A stretch of DNA of 64,000 nt from Cirrosporium novae-zelandiae (lineage: Eukaryota). The DNA is taken from contig JAPETS010000063.1 of assembly GCA_026023565.1 (NCBI GenBank), positions 1 to 64,000 on the forward strand, given 5' to 3'. Of this stretch, positions 23,054 to 36,598 are shown in pieces. The first letter of the stretch is position 1. Every line of letters starts with the position of its first letter. Position numbers and translations under genes: made by a program. The notes beneath the pieces are model-generated. The model saw nothing but the letters and a program-made list of their open reading frames with translations. It did no database searches and was not told where the DNA came from.

Positions 23054-26000
23054 ATGGCGCATAGGAAGCGCAGAATCGACGTTATTGACCTCACTGAAGA
23101 CGACGATGAACCCGTATTTTCTTCCCAATCTAGAAAGTATGCGAGATTGAGCTCGCCAACCCAGTCATCTCCACCCCGAAGCCAGGGAAGGACCTTGAAT
23201 TCGAATCTCAATTTAAGTCAGAGAAGCACCTCTGGTTCATCTCAGCCGCTGTCGCAGAATGATGGGTGGTCCAACTATGATGAAGAACATAACCTGGATA
23301 TTGTTGATTTGACACAAGGTTTTGATGATGATACATACAATGGATATGAACTCTACGGTATGCGATAAGCATGCAATCAATCACCTTGGAATTGATATTG
23401 ATTCTTGATATGGTTTGATACAGGCTCTATGGATACAAAGATTGTCGGTGTTCGTTATTACAGGGGTTATGCCACTGTGGGAGAGTTTGTTATTATTAGG
23501 AGAGAGCCGGCGAATCCATATGATAGCAATGCCATCCAAGTATTGAATGTTCAGATGGTTCAAATTGGTCACATTCCGAGGACAGTTGCTGCAAAGCTTG
23601 CGAGTTATATGGTAGGCCCTTTCGACCTTTCGCCAGGCTATCGCTAAGATCGATTCTTGTCCAGGATTCCAAAGATCTGCTTGTTGAAGGTGTTATCACT
23701 GGTAGGAAGGGTGAATTTGATTGTCCAATTGCGCTGAAGCTCTTTGGAACCAGCAACCCTGCTGCCCGTGAACTTCTTAAGCAACGGATGAGAAGGGATA
23801 GACTGCCTTTAGGTGATATTAATCGAAAGGAGAGGGAAGAAAGAATGGAGGCAGAGAGGAAAAAGCTAGAGGCTCTGAGGAATGCGAGCATACGAGGAGC
23901 TGGTGGCCGACGACCTATGCCAAATGCCGATCCTCAATGGGCAGCATCATCATCTCAAGGCGATGGCACCGGCGACGGTCCAAGCCTCGAAGATATGGTA
24001 GGAGATATGCAGAGATTTAATCCACGGGAGATTAGCAAGGTGGCAGAGAAATTTGGTGCAGGTGAGGAAATGCTATCGAAGATGCCAATGGCCGATCCAG
24101 TGAAAGCTCTCGTTACCACTCTTCTTCCCTACCAACGGCAAGGCCTCAAATGGATGCTCGATCAAGAAAACCCCACACTTCCACCCGTCGGATCTCAAGA
24201 TGTGGTTCAATTATGGAAAAGATCAGGTTCATCTAATGGCAGGTTTACTAACATTGCAACGAATTTCTCGACAAATGATCCAAAACTAGCAAGTGGAGGT
24301 ATACTGGCCGACGATATGGGACTTGGCAAGACAATCCAGGTTATTGCTTTGGTCGTTGAGGATAAATTGCGAAATCCATCTGCGGAACCAACTCTCATTC
24401 TTTCACCTCTCGGCGTAATGAGTAATTGGAGTGGACAGGTAAGTTGAACTCGTCACCTCCGCTTGGGAATTAGATTGGTACTAACTCTTATGCAGATTGC
24501 TTTTCATATTAAGCCAGAACACGCGCTGAAAGTCTTGACTTACCATGGATCTGGAAAGAAGACGATGGGGCCTGATGACTTTGCAAAATATGACGTTGTG
24601 ATTACTACCTATGGTGCAGCTACTAGTGAACTCTTCCCAAGATTAGAGAAAAAGCCCAACCCAGTTCCAGCTAAGCATGGACTATTCTCGACTTACTGGC
24701 GACGAGTAGTTCTAGATGAGGGACACAATATTCGCAATCCTAATACTAAAGCAGCTCAAGCAGCAACGACGCTAATGGCACGTTCACGATGGGTTTTGAC
24801 AGGTACTCCAATTATCAATAACCTCAAGGACCTTTACTCGCTCATCAAGTTTATCGGAATAACCGGTGGTCTGGAGAAACTTGAGTGTTTCAGCAGCACG
24901 CTTATACGACCACTAAATGCGAGCAGTAGTAGTGCAAACCTTCTCTTACAAGCTCTTATGAGTACATTCAGCCTTCGTCGCAAGAAAGAGATGGAGTTTA
25001 TCAATCTTCGTCTCCCTGAACTGTCTGAATATGTTCATCGTATCAGCTTCCGTGATGATGAAAAGGAGATATATGAGGCCCTGCAAGCGGAAGCAAAAGG
25101 TCTTCTTTACCGTGTCAGAACTGACGACAAAGGCAAAGCATATCGTGCGCTTCTGGAGATCCTTCTTCGGCTTAGGCAGGTATGTAACCACTGGCAACTT
25201 TGTAAAGATCGAGTGGTGAATATCATGTCCGAGCTAGAAGACCAAGGGACAGTCGACCTAACGCCAGAAAACAAACAAGCCCTTCAAGCAATGTTGCAAG
25301 TGGGTATCGATAGCCATGAAGATTGTCCAATATGCCTAGAGACCTTGCACAATCCGGTCATCACCCATTGTGCTCACACGTTTGGTCATGACTGCATTGA
25401 GAGAGTTATTGAGGTCCAGCATAAATGTCCGATGTGCCGTGCAGAACTTCCTAGCAAGGACTATCTAGTACATCCTGCCATGGAGCTTGGTGAATCCGTT
25501 GATGACCAAGATAGTAAAGACATAAAGGAAAGAAGTAGTAAAGTGGACGCTCTCTTGAAAATTCTCCAAGCATCACACAAAAAGCCTGAGAACAAGATTG
25601 TCATCTTCAGCCAATGGACATCCTTTCTTAATATTGTTCAAGCGCAACTTGATAAGGAAGGATATAACTATGCACGAATAGACGGCACCATGAACGCACA
25701 GAAAAGAGATGCTGCAATTACTGCTATTCAAACAGATCCCAAATGCACTATTTTACTTGCAAGTCTTGCAGGATGTTCGGTTGGTCTCAACCTTACATCA
25801 GCTAATCAAGTCATTTTGACCGACAGCTGGTGGGCACCGGCCATTGAAGACCAAGCCATCGATCGAGTTCACAGACTTGGCCAGACAAAACCAACGACTG
25901 TATTCAGATTGGTAATGGAGGATAGTATCGAGGAACAAGTGCTTGAGATCCAATCTCGCAAGCGCAAACTCATGAGTACTGCTTTCAGAGAGACCGGGGG

Positions 26001-26058
26001 GAAGAGGGATGGAGGCAAGGCTGCAAGATTGGCAGATATTACCAAGTTGTTGCAATAG
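23054..26058 (+). CDS. SNF2-family helicase with HIRAN and RING domains (Rad5/HLTF-like); introns 23358-23423, 23612-23664, 24439-24495
   Basis: HIRAN ([24 protein letters not shown]); [57 protein letters not shown]. Confidence 0.93.
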
Positions 26059-27777
26059 AGTGTTTGCCTGCCTTATTGGCGAACACGATCACTAGTATCG
26101 TTTATCGCGGTAGGTCTGTGAATAAATGGAATCCTTTACGGGGGTCTTCAAGGGGCGGGGGGGGGCTAATTCAAAAGTATTTTTCGGGTTTTCGATCTCT
26201 ATCTACCGCGCTATTAGGATTCGTAGGCGAGTCTGGAGCTATGTGGCTACTTTACTAGGGCTTATGAATAGGGACGGGACGGGACGAAACGGTCAAAGGA
26301 TTTTTTTATAAGGATTTTTTTGTGGATCACTTTCTTTGCTCTGGACTCTTTCGAGTCTTTGAGTCTTGACTGCGTATAGTAATTACACCCATTGCTTTTT
26401 TTTTTTTCAAGGGGTAAAATGAAAAAACAATATGGGCGTCACTCTCTTTGTCATTTTTTAGTTAGCTTAGTGGCAGTGGTGGTGGCAAATTGGTAGGATG
26501 GATAGGGAGGGATAAATATCGAGGAACAATCTATGCAATCAATACAATCAATCTCATCTCATTTCGTAGCAAAGAAAAGAAAAAAAGCTCGAAAGTTTTT
26601 TTCTTTTCCCCAGACACCCATGCCATGCCATGGCCATACACTTTTCGCTTTTCACTTTTTTCCCCAACCAAAAAAACAAAAACATAAAAAAAATTCTATC
26701 AGTTTACCTACCTTACCAAACCAATTAGTTGACATTATTATTCCATATGCATCCACTTTATCCGTAGCTACGGAACACATATCTAGAACATATCTATCGA
26801 TTGATCGATTCATTCGGATCGATTTTAGATCGGCAAGTATTTGTTTATTTGTTTGCTCAAATTTCCATCCCACCTCCCACATCCCACGGGATCGATCGAT
26901 CGTCCCTTATTACTTATTAGTGTAGCCCTATAATATCTTTGACATATACCTAAGCCACAAGTACCGTAGTCGAGTACGGGAAGGAAGCAAAAAAGGGGGG
27001 AAGGGGAAAGGGAGAAGAAATCTCCGGTTGGGGGGAATTTGGAATTTGGAATTTGGAATTTGGAATTGGGATTGAGATTGGTTCTAGACCTTGTGGTAAA
27101 TGGTGTTAATTATCTATGTAAACTTGGATTTAATTGGTGTTGGTGCATCAGAGGGAGCAAACAGGAATAAGCAGGTAAGAAAGCAAGCAGTTGAAATATT
27201 AACTGATGATCTATTCGAATTGTCGAATTGTTAGGGATAAGGGGGGGGATAGACTTTTAGGATCTTCATCTTCATTTGCATCATCATCATCATCATCATC
27301 ATTCATACATACACACATACTATGTACATCGATCAGATCGAATCAAGTCAAGCAACATTTGAACCTGGGCTAGGGACCTAAAAATGATTGGTTTTGGTTT
27401 TGTGGGTTTTGTGGGTTGAGGATTCATATGCCTGTTATACCTAAGTATCTACTCGAGTATATGCCAATCTCGCCTTGTTGTTGTTGTTGTTGTTGTTGTT
27501 TCGCTTCATTTTATTGATCTACTGTTACCATCTAACCTGGGTACTCGAAGTATAGAGCAAACAAACAAAACAAAATGGACAAAATGGACAAAAATGGACA
27601 AAACGGATAGACTAGGCCAGGTGAAGCAAAGCAAACATTGAAAGAAATGATGAAGGTGGTGATTGTGATGATCGTGACTCTGATCATGACTCTCTGATTA
27701 TGATTACTGATGATTACGGAGCTTCCTTAACTAGCTGTTAATTATCATTCAAGTACAAATACACTGAAGTAATTAAC

Positions 27778-27839
27778 TAATTAATATCTACCTAGGGACT
27801 CAGTTAATTAATATCTACCCAGGGACTCAGTTAATTAAT
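27778..27839. repeat. 27-bp tandem duplication
   Basis: TAATTAATATCTACC(T/C)AGGGACTCAGT repeated twice plus a partial third unit. Confidence 0.85.
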
Positions 27840-30781
27840 TCTCGGAGAAAAAAAAAAAACAAATCTCGATATACATGCATGTATATAATAAACCGCACAT
27901 AAGATCTAAAATACATGCATGCATGCATGGTTCCTAAACCCTCGAGGGGGGGGGGAGGAGACAACGGCATTGTACATTGACATTGACATTGACAGCGGGT
28001 CGGGTACCACAGCGGCAGTGGCTCGGTAACGGTACGGCAGTGGGATGGCTCGGCACGGCACGGCAGTGGGACGGCACGGCATTTAATTTAGAGATTAAAG
28101 AGGGGGAGGGGGGAGGGGAGATCTTTGGTTTTATTATTTTTTTTTTTTCTTTTCTTTATATTGGGTTTGGGGGTTTATTACTGTGTACCGTGTACTGTAT
28201 ACTTACTTATATGTATTGTAGGAGTAGTAGGTGTTTGTATAGGATTTTTTTTTTCTTCTAGGATAATGAATGAATGGGTGGGTTGGGTGTGATTTTTTTG
28301 GGGGGGGGGAAGGGGATGTTTCTGGGATGTCAATGTCAATTGTGAATGTACTTGTATAGATGTGAGTGAATGGAATTGAGGTTGGGGATGGGGGATGTGA
28401 GTGGATGGGAAGGAAGTAGAAAGGTTTTGTGCGCTGACTGGTTGATTGATTGACTGATTGATTCAACAGCGGCAATCGTTGCAAGAGAAAAAAAAAAAAA
28501 GAAAAAAATCTACAAGGAAGATAGAGATAAATAGAGAATAGCACCCCTATCCACCTCTCCATCTATTTCTATAGTATATAATGGGAAAAAAAAAAACTAT
28601 CTCCACTTCCACCACTTCTTCCACCTGTATTTCTTTTATTCCCCCCTCGGCATTGGAAATTCCCGTGGGTGGTGCAAGAGATGGGGAGTTTTTTTTTTTT
28701 TACTTTTTTGAGAGGTGGAGAGAACGAGAGCTGAGTGGTTGGTTAGTAGTTTTGTTGGGTATAGGTTGGTTATGGGTGGGTTTGGCTTTTATATGGTTAG
28801 GATGGATAGGATGGGTGGATGGGGGCTATAGAGAGAAAGGAAAGAATGGGAGAAGGTGAGGTTTTATATTCGAGTATACGTATATTATTCACGTACCTAC
28901 ATACTCCTCCCTCACAGATAACCAAAAAAATGATAAAATAATAAACTAGGAATCAATATAAACATACATACCTCTCTTCCTCTATACCTCTCTTCCTCTA
29001 TACCTCTCTCCCTCTATACATATCTATACCTATATATATCCTTAAACCAACTTCTTCTCTTTAAATATATATAAACCTCCTCCCTTCCCTTCCAAGATTG
29101 CAATCGGCCTGCTGCCTTTATGTGGCTGTGGCTGTGCAATGATCCGTAGAGTATGCGGTATTGCGTATGCATGTATTTCTCTATGTGTGTGTCCACAACG
29201 CACACACACGCGCGCGCATGCTCCTAGGTAGGTAAGGGTACTCGAGTAGCTTCCGCCCCACACAAAGAAAGTCCGCCGCGCCGTTGTGTGTGTGTGTGCG
29301 TGTGTGGTATGGTGCCCGCTAAGCCAAGCCTCCATTACCTGACGCTATGACCACTATGGGCGGAGACGCTTTGACGTTTTTATTGATGTAATTTGTGGAA
29401 CGGTAATGGTAATGTAATACCTAGTTAGTTGGAGGTAAGGATAATTATAGACTTCACAGCTGAGAGTCTGCGGTTCATGTACTTTCGAAAGTATACAAAT
29501 ACATAATTATCGGATGCCATTGAATGGAATTACCAACCTGGTTGGAGTGGGTTGGTTTGATTCCTAAGGGTAACTCGTTAATTGGTAATTGATCGATTCC
29601 TTGATTGATTCATTGGTCACACTGATTTGTTGGTATTTGTATCATCAGTACGTATCTTCTATCTAGGTAATTAACCAAATCGAAAAACAAATTTACTTTT
29701 CTTCAGGAAAATTTGGGGAAATGGAGGATGTAGGATATACTTTTTGACTTGGTTTGGTTTAGTTTGGATTGAATTGGTTGGATTGATTGACTTTTTTTTT
29801 TACTTTGGACAGTAAAAAGTAGTGGAAAGTAATATTGGGATTAAGTTAAATTAAATATCAAAAGTTAAATGGTTGGTTAGACGTTGTGTCTGTGGGTGGT
29901 GGTGATGATGATGAAAGCTGCTCATGTGTTTGATTGAGTGCGCGCTTTGTGAGCATTAGATAATGTTAATTATTGTAAAAATACGCAAGCAATACGTATG
30001 AAATAACAGTAATTAATAAAAACAGCAATAACAAATTCTCTTCTTCCCCCCACTCTTCTTTTTTTCTTTCTATTCTATTCTCATTCCATTGTCTTGGTAA
30101 CTAAGTACGGAAATCTCTTTCCCACCGGTTTATTATCTTTACTATCTTTCTTCATTCCATTGGTTCGATCATCATCAGCAACAGCTAGGGTGGAGTTCCT
30201 CGGGACCACGGCTAGGTTAGGCATGGCAGGATAGAGATAATGAACAGGGCACGCACGCGAGGAAATCGCCGAAGAACGGAGTTTGGTACCTTTTTAAGAT
30301 TGCTATTACCAATTGATAACTCTCTTTTCCTTTGCCTTTGACTGGGGATATCAAAAAATCATCTAGGATCCATTGTCTTTTCCATTCGTCCATTCGTCAG
30401 TTTAAACCTGCGTTCCCGGATCTCTGGGAATACCTTTCTTTTCGTTGCTGTATGTTGATTGTCGATTGGTAAGCTCTTCAGTTGCCTGAACCTTGTTGAC
30501 GATCCGATTTTTTCTTTGATTCTTGGGATATTTTATTTCTTCAAACTCATGGCCATCCATAAACTTTCGCTTCCAGCTCTTTTTTTGATTTGGGATTTTG
30601 TTCAACTATTATTTTTAAATATACATAGAAAAATGGTGGGCAGTAATGGCAACAGCAACCTGTAGCCTGTCGTAACAGAGGGGTATCAAAGAAAAACACA
30701 TAGAACCACCAGAGCGAGCTTTGCTGGACTTTTTCTAACACCTTCGTATCATCATTATTTCCCTCGGGATTTTCTCCCTCA

Positions 30782-32586
30782 TTATTTTCCCACATCGAAT
30801 TCCCTTTCACTCAAGTCCTTTTTGAACCCTACCCGACGAAGCACTACTCCAAGATTAGCATCAATCTCCGCCGTTCTTCTGGCCCAAAAAAGATGCGTCT
30901 TCCCCTTCCAGTTGTCTAGCCGGTAGCTCGTCGGCCCTTTGCTTGAACTTCTACTACTTGATGCTCGATTCTTGAACCCCCCGAGTATTTTGCTAGTCAT
31001 CTTGACGTACTTGCCGCCGGCATTATTCGACTTCTCCACCCATTCAAAGGCCCGAGGTATCATGGTTGCCTCGTAGGCGGAAACGGCGGAAAGGATCTGT
31101 GCGTTTGTGGGGTGATCTGTCTGGGCAAGGTTGGTCAGGGCGTCGCACACTTCGCCGGCATCGCACATCGCTTGGTTGCCTCCCATTGCTCTGAGTCAAA
31201 ATGGGTTAGTTCTCTAGTCTTAGGCTGATAGGTCCGTGCACCAGCACGGAGGAGGCCTTACCTTGTTGGAAGCATTGGGTGAATCGAATCACCGATGAAC
31301 CTGGGGACGTTAGCATGTGAAAAATTCTTTTGGATGCGAACTCAATTCGTACCAGATGCGAGGATGGCCTTTCCTGGGATCTATGAATTTCCCAAACCTT
31401 CCAGTATCCCTCCAATTAGACTCCGGGCACATTCCAACTCGACCGTAGAACCTATAAAACTCTTCCTCCGGAGTTGATCGTATGATATCATGACTGCAAG
31501 GGCATTAGTTGCTGCGTAAAAACCATACTTTCTCGGAAACTCATACATTGTTGGACTCCAATGAGAGATGATATCGATAACAAATTCAATCGGATCATCA
31601 ATATCCATGTCTTCCGGTAGCTTCTCCCGAGGAACGTTCATGTTCCACATTAAACTTGCAGCTGCTTCATCATAGCTGATATCTGTTTCATCACTAGAAA
31701 TGGACCGGCGAGACGTTGATCGGACAGACGACTCCGACGAAATGGACTGTTTCCAGTAATCACGAGGATCATGTAGCTGTACAAAGTCTTGTTGCTTATA
31801 AGTCTTCGGACGTGATGAGAGTTTATTCCGCTTTTTTTCGGGCAAATATGCCGACGCGATGAAAGATATGCCATTTTCTTCAATCACAATGGGACCAGCT
31901 CGAAGTTGACGTGGTAGCTGACGGAGCTTTGATACGGGAAGTTGGCACTTTGCAATGAAACCGCATCGTTCCTTGCGTTCCAGAATGTTATCGAGCCCTA
32001 CTTCTCGGTTGATCTGAGCGAGTCAGTTGCAACGTCCACGAGCACAAGGTAGTATTAACAAGGGATTTCATACCTTCGATCCAGACCCATCTGCTGCTAT
32101 CATGATATCCCCCTCGGCGGATGTACCGTCATTGAAATGGGCTCTTATTTTATCCCGTCCACCTTTTCCCGAAATAATCTCACATTCTACGTACTTCTTC
32201 TCAAAGTGAACTACCCGGGCCTTCTTCAACGGCTCGACCAAGGCATCCCTAAGAACAACTCGGTTGATCGGTGCACTCTTCGAATAAGGCTGGGTCTTAC
32301 CAAAACCCCTCAGTGGCTCCAGGTCTATGTTGTAAAGGACAGGAGTGGTGTAGATTTGGCCATTTGTTTTACCAAAGCGTGAGATGATATCTTGGCAGAG
32401 ATCGGTGTTGAGACAGGTATGGAAACCACGAAGAGACATTGCACCCAGTCGAATTTGATAGCCCTCGCGCTTGGAATCTTCGATATCTCTTTCATAAACC
32501 TCGACTTCGAGGTCATTCCGAATTAATCCATTAGCAAGTAATGATCCCGCCAAGCCGGCACCAATGATGATAACCTTAAGAGCCAT
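30782..32586 (-). CDS. FAD-dependent monooxygenase (group A flavoprotein hydroxylase/epoxidase type), at least 4 introns
   Basis: IIGAGLAG Rossmann motif, EGYQIRLG, IAADGSGSK (DG motif), spliced RIWFIGDSIHPMLPTRAMGGNQAMCD (GD motif); GT-AG introns restore frame; exact 3' exon structure uncertain. Confidence 0.9.
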
Positions 32587-34801
32587 TGGAAGGTAGAAGA
32601 GTGGAAATAAAAAGCAAAATAAAGTAGTCTGTCATGGCGATGAATATAGCAAGCAACAGATGGACAGGCTTCAATTTAAGTATCAAGGCGTAACAGAATG
32701 AGCGTGTTACCCAAAAGGGAAAACGTGCAATGAGGGTAGAAGCTCGGCCGGGGAAAGGACAGAGCTTGTGGTATCATTAGTATGGCGCTCCATGGATGTT
32801 CAAACATGCCATGGACACAATCGGGGAATAATACAAAACGGTTGAATAACGGTTAATAACGGTTGGTTATTGTTTAAAGAGGTCGAGATTGCACCATCCG
32901 AGCCGGGGTCTGCCGGTGAACAAGGGGATGCATGAATAGTATGGACATGAAGAGAATAGTTTGATAGGGAAATAATTAGAGGATGGATAATTGGATTGTG
33001 GATGTTGAATATGGTGAAAATGGGATCCAGCCCGAATGGTAGTAGTGTCAAGTAGTGGAGGAGGTCAGCGGAAGGTCGATGGATTCGCGTGTAGTGCTAC
33101 CCGTGAAACCCAAAAAAACTGTCGGGTTTTTTCTCCTTCAAGGCCTGCACAGACCAAGGAACAGCTTTGTTAGACGATCAATGCCGAATCAGTATATCGA
33201 GTTGTTGATTTAGTATATTGATGTGACTGATCGTCGCATGCAGCTGTCACTTTTTCTAAATCCAAGTATACAGCTCGGTGGCGTGTCATTTTGATTGCTT
33301 GAGAAGCCTACCTGGGAATTCTTATACTGCCCTAGCACCGAATGCCGATAGATCGATGGACATGGATAACCATCCTTGAATCACTTCCATCTGTTGAATC
33401 CTTGAATCCTTCCAGCGGAAACTGGCGGGAAGGACAGCCTTACCCTAAATACCGAAAGAGAATAGTCTCAAGGGTGGAGCAATAATGATACTGCCGCAAG
33501 AGGAAGAACGTCCTCCCCCCGCAATGCGCATCATTAGCAGAAATCATCAATTGCAGCTACCCGAGGCATTTAGTCCTTATACTATAATATACTATGTACC
33601 CTCGCTTCCCGTAGGTTCATTTGATATTTGCGTATGTGTGAAACATCCTCAATTGAACTCATCGAAACTCACAAACTCCACGAAATGTTGCAAAATGTCG
33701 AGCATATCAAACAATTGGACTTTTCAAGCTTGACCAAAGTCTCAAGTGGAGGCGGTACGTATTTCAGGGCCGCGTTTTTGACAGGGATTTATCCTGGTAG
33801 TCGGATCGTATTTGCATGAGCCAAGGCACTGCAGGTGGCCTGACTGTGATTGTGTCTTAGACTCCATGTGTGTGTTTTTTTGTTAATTGTTTTTTTTCTT
33901 TCGCTTCTTCGTTGTTTCCATTCGCTCTTCCGGGCAATTGTTCTGGTGGACAATGGCCATGGTAATTAGATGCTGGTTAAACCCAAGTCTATCGTGGCTT
34001 GATAGAATGCAGCCATGAAACCGACTTACCAAACACCAGGTCTTTGGATTCGCATGTACCTACCTTAGAAAATTTAGAGTGATAACAAGAATCGAGATTA
34101 GAGCCACGTCACGTTATACACTGGATAGTAGATCTGTAGTTATAGCATCAAGCCTCTGATACAAAAATCCTCAAGAGGCAATAGAGCAAGCTTTGGGGGA
34201 GGCAAACAAGCAGTACTCTCCGCAAATTTCTTAACAATAAGTTAATAATAACCCACGAGGGTCAAAAATCCAGTGTTTGATCATCATGGTGAAAAGTCAG
34301 GGGTGTTTCCAGGGATTGGGGATGCATATGCCAGATCCAGAAGCCCTGTAAGTTAGGATAGGAATTCAGTACTCGGGAAAGGAGTGATGGCAAGGTTGTT
34401 GATTCGATCATAACGACAAGATGTGATTAACAATATTCCAAGGGCTGGACCTTTATTGCTTTTTATGATAGTTCCAGGGTTTGTGAACCCTTAGGCAACA
34501 AACACCTGAGGAAGCTCTTCTGACATTTGACACCGACTTTTGACAACCTGAAGACTCCTAACCTTTCATCTCATCCGCAATTCCAGATTGATAACTCACA
34601 ATTAATATTGATGGGCAGTTGCAGTTCCCATTATACAGTCACCATGGATACAAACTGTAGAACTTGGCTTGTTCGATGGCCTCTAGTGCTTACTTTACAG
34701 AACTCTGGATGAATCCATGTCCTTATGCAGCCTTATTATACCCTTGGCATGAACTTTGGTACAAGTCAAAGACAACGTTCAGATTGAAAGGACAACAGGT
34801 G

Positions 34802-36598
34802 ATGGCCTTGCAAGTCCTTATCGTAGGCGCTGGTGAGTACCTTCAACCTCCTTGTAAGTCATAGCAGAGATCAATTAACCGGTTATTTGTAGGAATCAGC
34901 GGATTGGCTGCTCTCAAGCAATGCCTTGCCGATGACATCGCGCCGACGGTATTTGATGCCCTACCTCATATAGGCGGACAATGGCATTATTCCAAACCTA
35001 CATCCACATCTAACCTTGTGGTATCCTCGATATATGATGGTGTGGTAATCAATTCATGCCGCGATACTACAGCTTTCAGTGACTTTCCTATTGACCCTGC
35101 TCGATACCCACAATACTTCAGTCATCGCAAGTTCCTACAATATATTCATGAATATACCGACTACTTCGGGTTGCGGAAATACATTCGTCTAAATACAAAG
35201 GTCCTTAAGGCCATTCAAGTGGATGATGGGAAGTGGGAAGTTACATATCAAGAAAATGACAAAGAACCAACAACAAAAACATTTGATGCTCTGTTTGCTT
35301 GTACTGGCACCAATTCGAAGCCCCGTATCCCAGAATTTATTGCACTGGAAACCTTCCAAGGTCAATTTTTTCATAGCCATTATTATCGGACCCCGGCTCC
35401 ATATGAAGGGAAGAAGGTCGCAGTCATCGGAATTGGTAGCTCCGCCGTAGATATATCATCCGAAATTGCTCCATTTGCAGACGAATTCCATCTCATTACA
35501 AGGCGAGGAGGTTGGGTAATTCCACGCTTCGTGTTTGGGAAGCCTGTCGAAGCCTTTAACAGTATGTATCTAAATATTCTAGCCTTTGCCATAGGTTGGG
35601 TTAAGCCAATCAAGCTTGCTTTGAAGTCTTCTTTAGGCAGAAGTAAACTTGAGTTTGGCCCAATTCGACTTATTACCAATTCTAGTTTCGCGTTTGCGGG
35701 GAATAGTCACTGACATTTTATTCCAGGTAGGATTGAAACGGTTATCCCACCGGCCATCGCTGATTGGATTCAACAAAAAATCCTCAATATCGCCATTGGA
35801 CAACACCCAAAAGTGATCAAACCGAAGCACAAAATATTAGAAGCATCTCCTACTGTTCACAGCAACTTTCTTGAAAAAGTGCGTGTGGGTCAGATCAAAC
35901 CACACAGAGCAGGAGTAGACAGGTTTACAGAGGACGGCGTCATTCTAACAGATGGGACTAAATTAGCAGTCGATGTTGTCATCAGCTGTACAGGCTACCT
36001 GCTCGATTTTCCTTACCTTCCGCAGGACTCTTTTCATGCAGCTCAAAGCAAATTCATGCAGTCTGATAAATCACTGAACTTGTACCAGATGATCGTCCCT
36101 CCGAACTACCAAAATCTATTTTTCCTCGGTATACTCGAGAGTGATTCTGCACTTGCGCCTTGCGTCGAGCTACAGGCCAGATGGGCTACCGCTATTCTTA
36201 CCGGAAAGCTCACTCTACCTCGCCCTGAGAAGATGTCCGAGGAAATTGCAGCTCGTCAAGTCTCAATGTCAAAGCATTTTGTTCGATCTGACCGTCATGC
36301 TATCATGATCCATGGCATGCAGTACAATGACGATCTTGCTAGTCAACTCGAGGCTGCCCCAACCTTTGGACGCCTTTTATCCAATATATTCAAATCGAAT
36401 CCCATACGAGCCATATCATTGATGAAAGCTATATATTTCGACATGCCATCTGCTGCCCAGTACCGTCTATTTGGACATGGTGGATTGCCTGAACTTGGAA
36501 GTGCAACAGTCTTGAGGGTGGCTAATGAGGGAGAGGAATTGAGCCTGGAAGAAAAAGAAGCTCTCGAAGCATTATCTAGCTCGAGGATAAAAGCTTGA
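34802..36598 (+). CDS. Flavin-containing monooxygenase (group B FMO); introns 34833-34892, 35562-35726
   Basis: Spliced MALQVLIVGAGISG; GGQW; FMO fingerprint FQGQFFHSHYY (FxGxxxHxxxY); second Rossmann motif VIGIGSSA; ISCTGY; ELQARW. Confidence 0.92.

Noticed and set aside
26064..29335. Numerous 60-130 aa ORFs in the spacer
   Set aside because: Products are F/K/I-rich artefacts of homopolymers and microsatellites.
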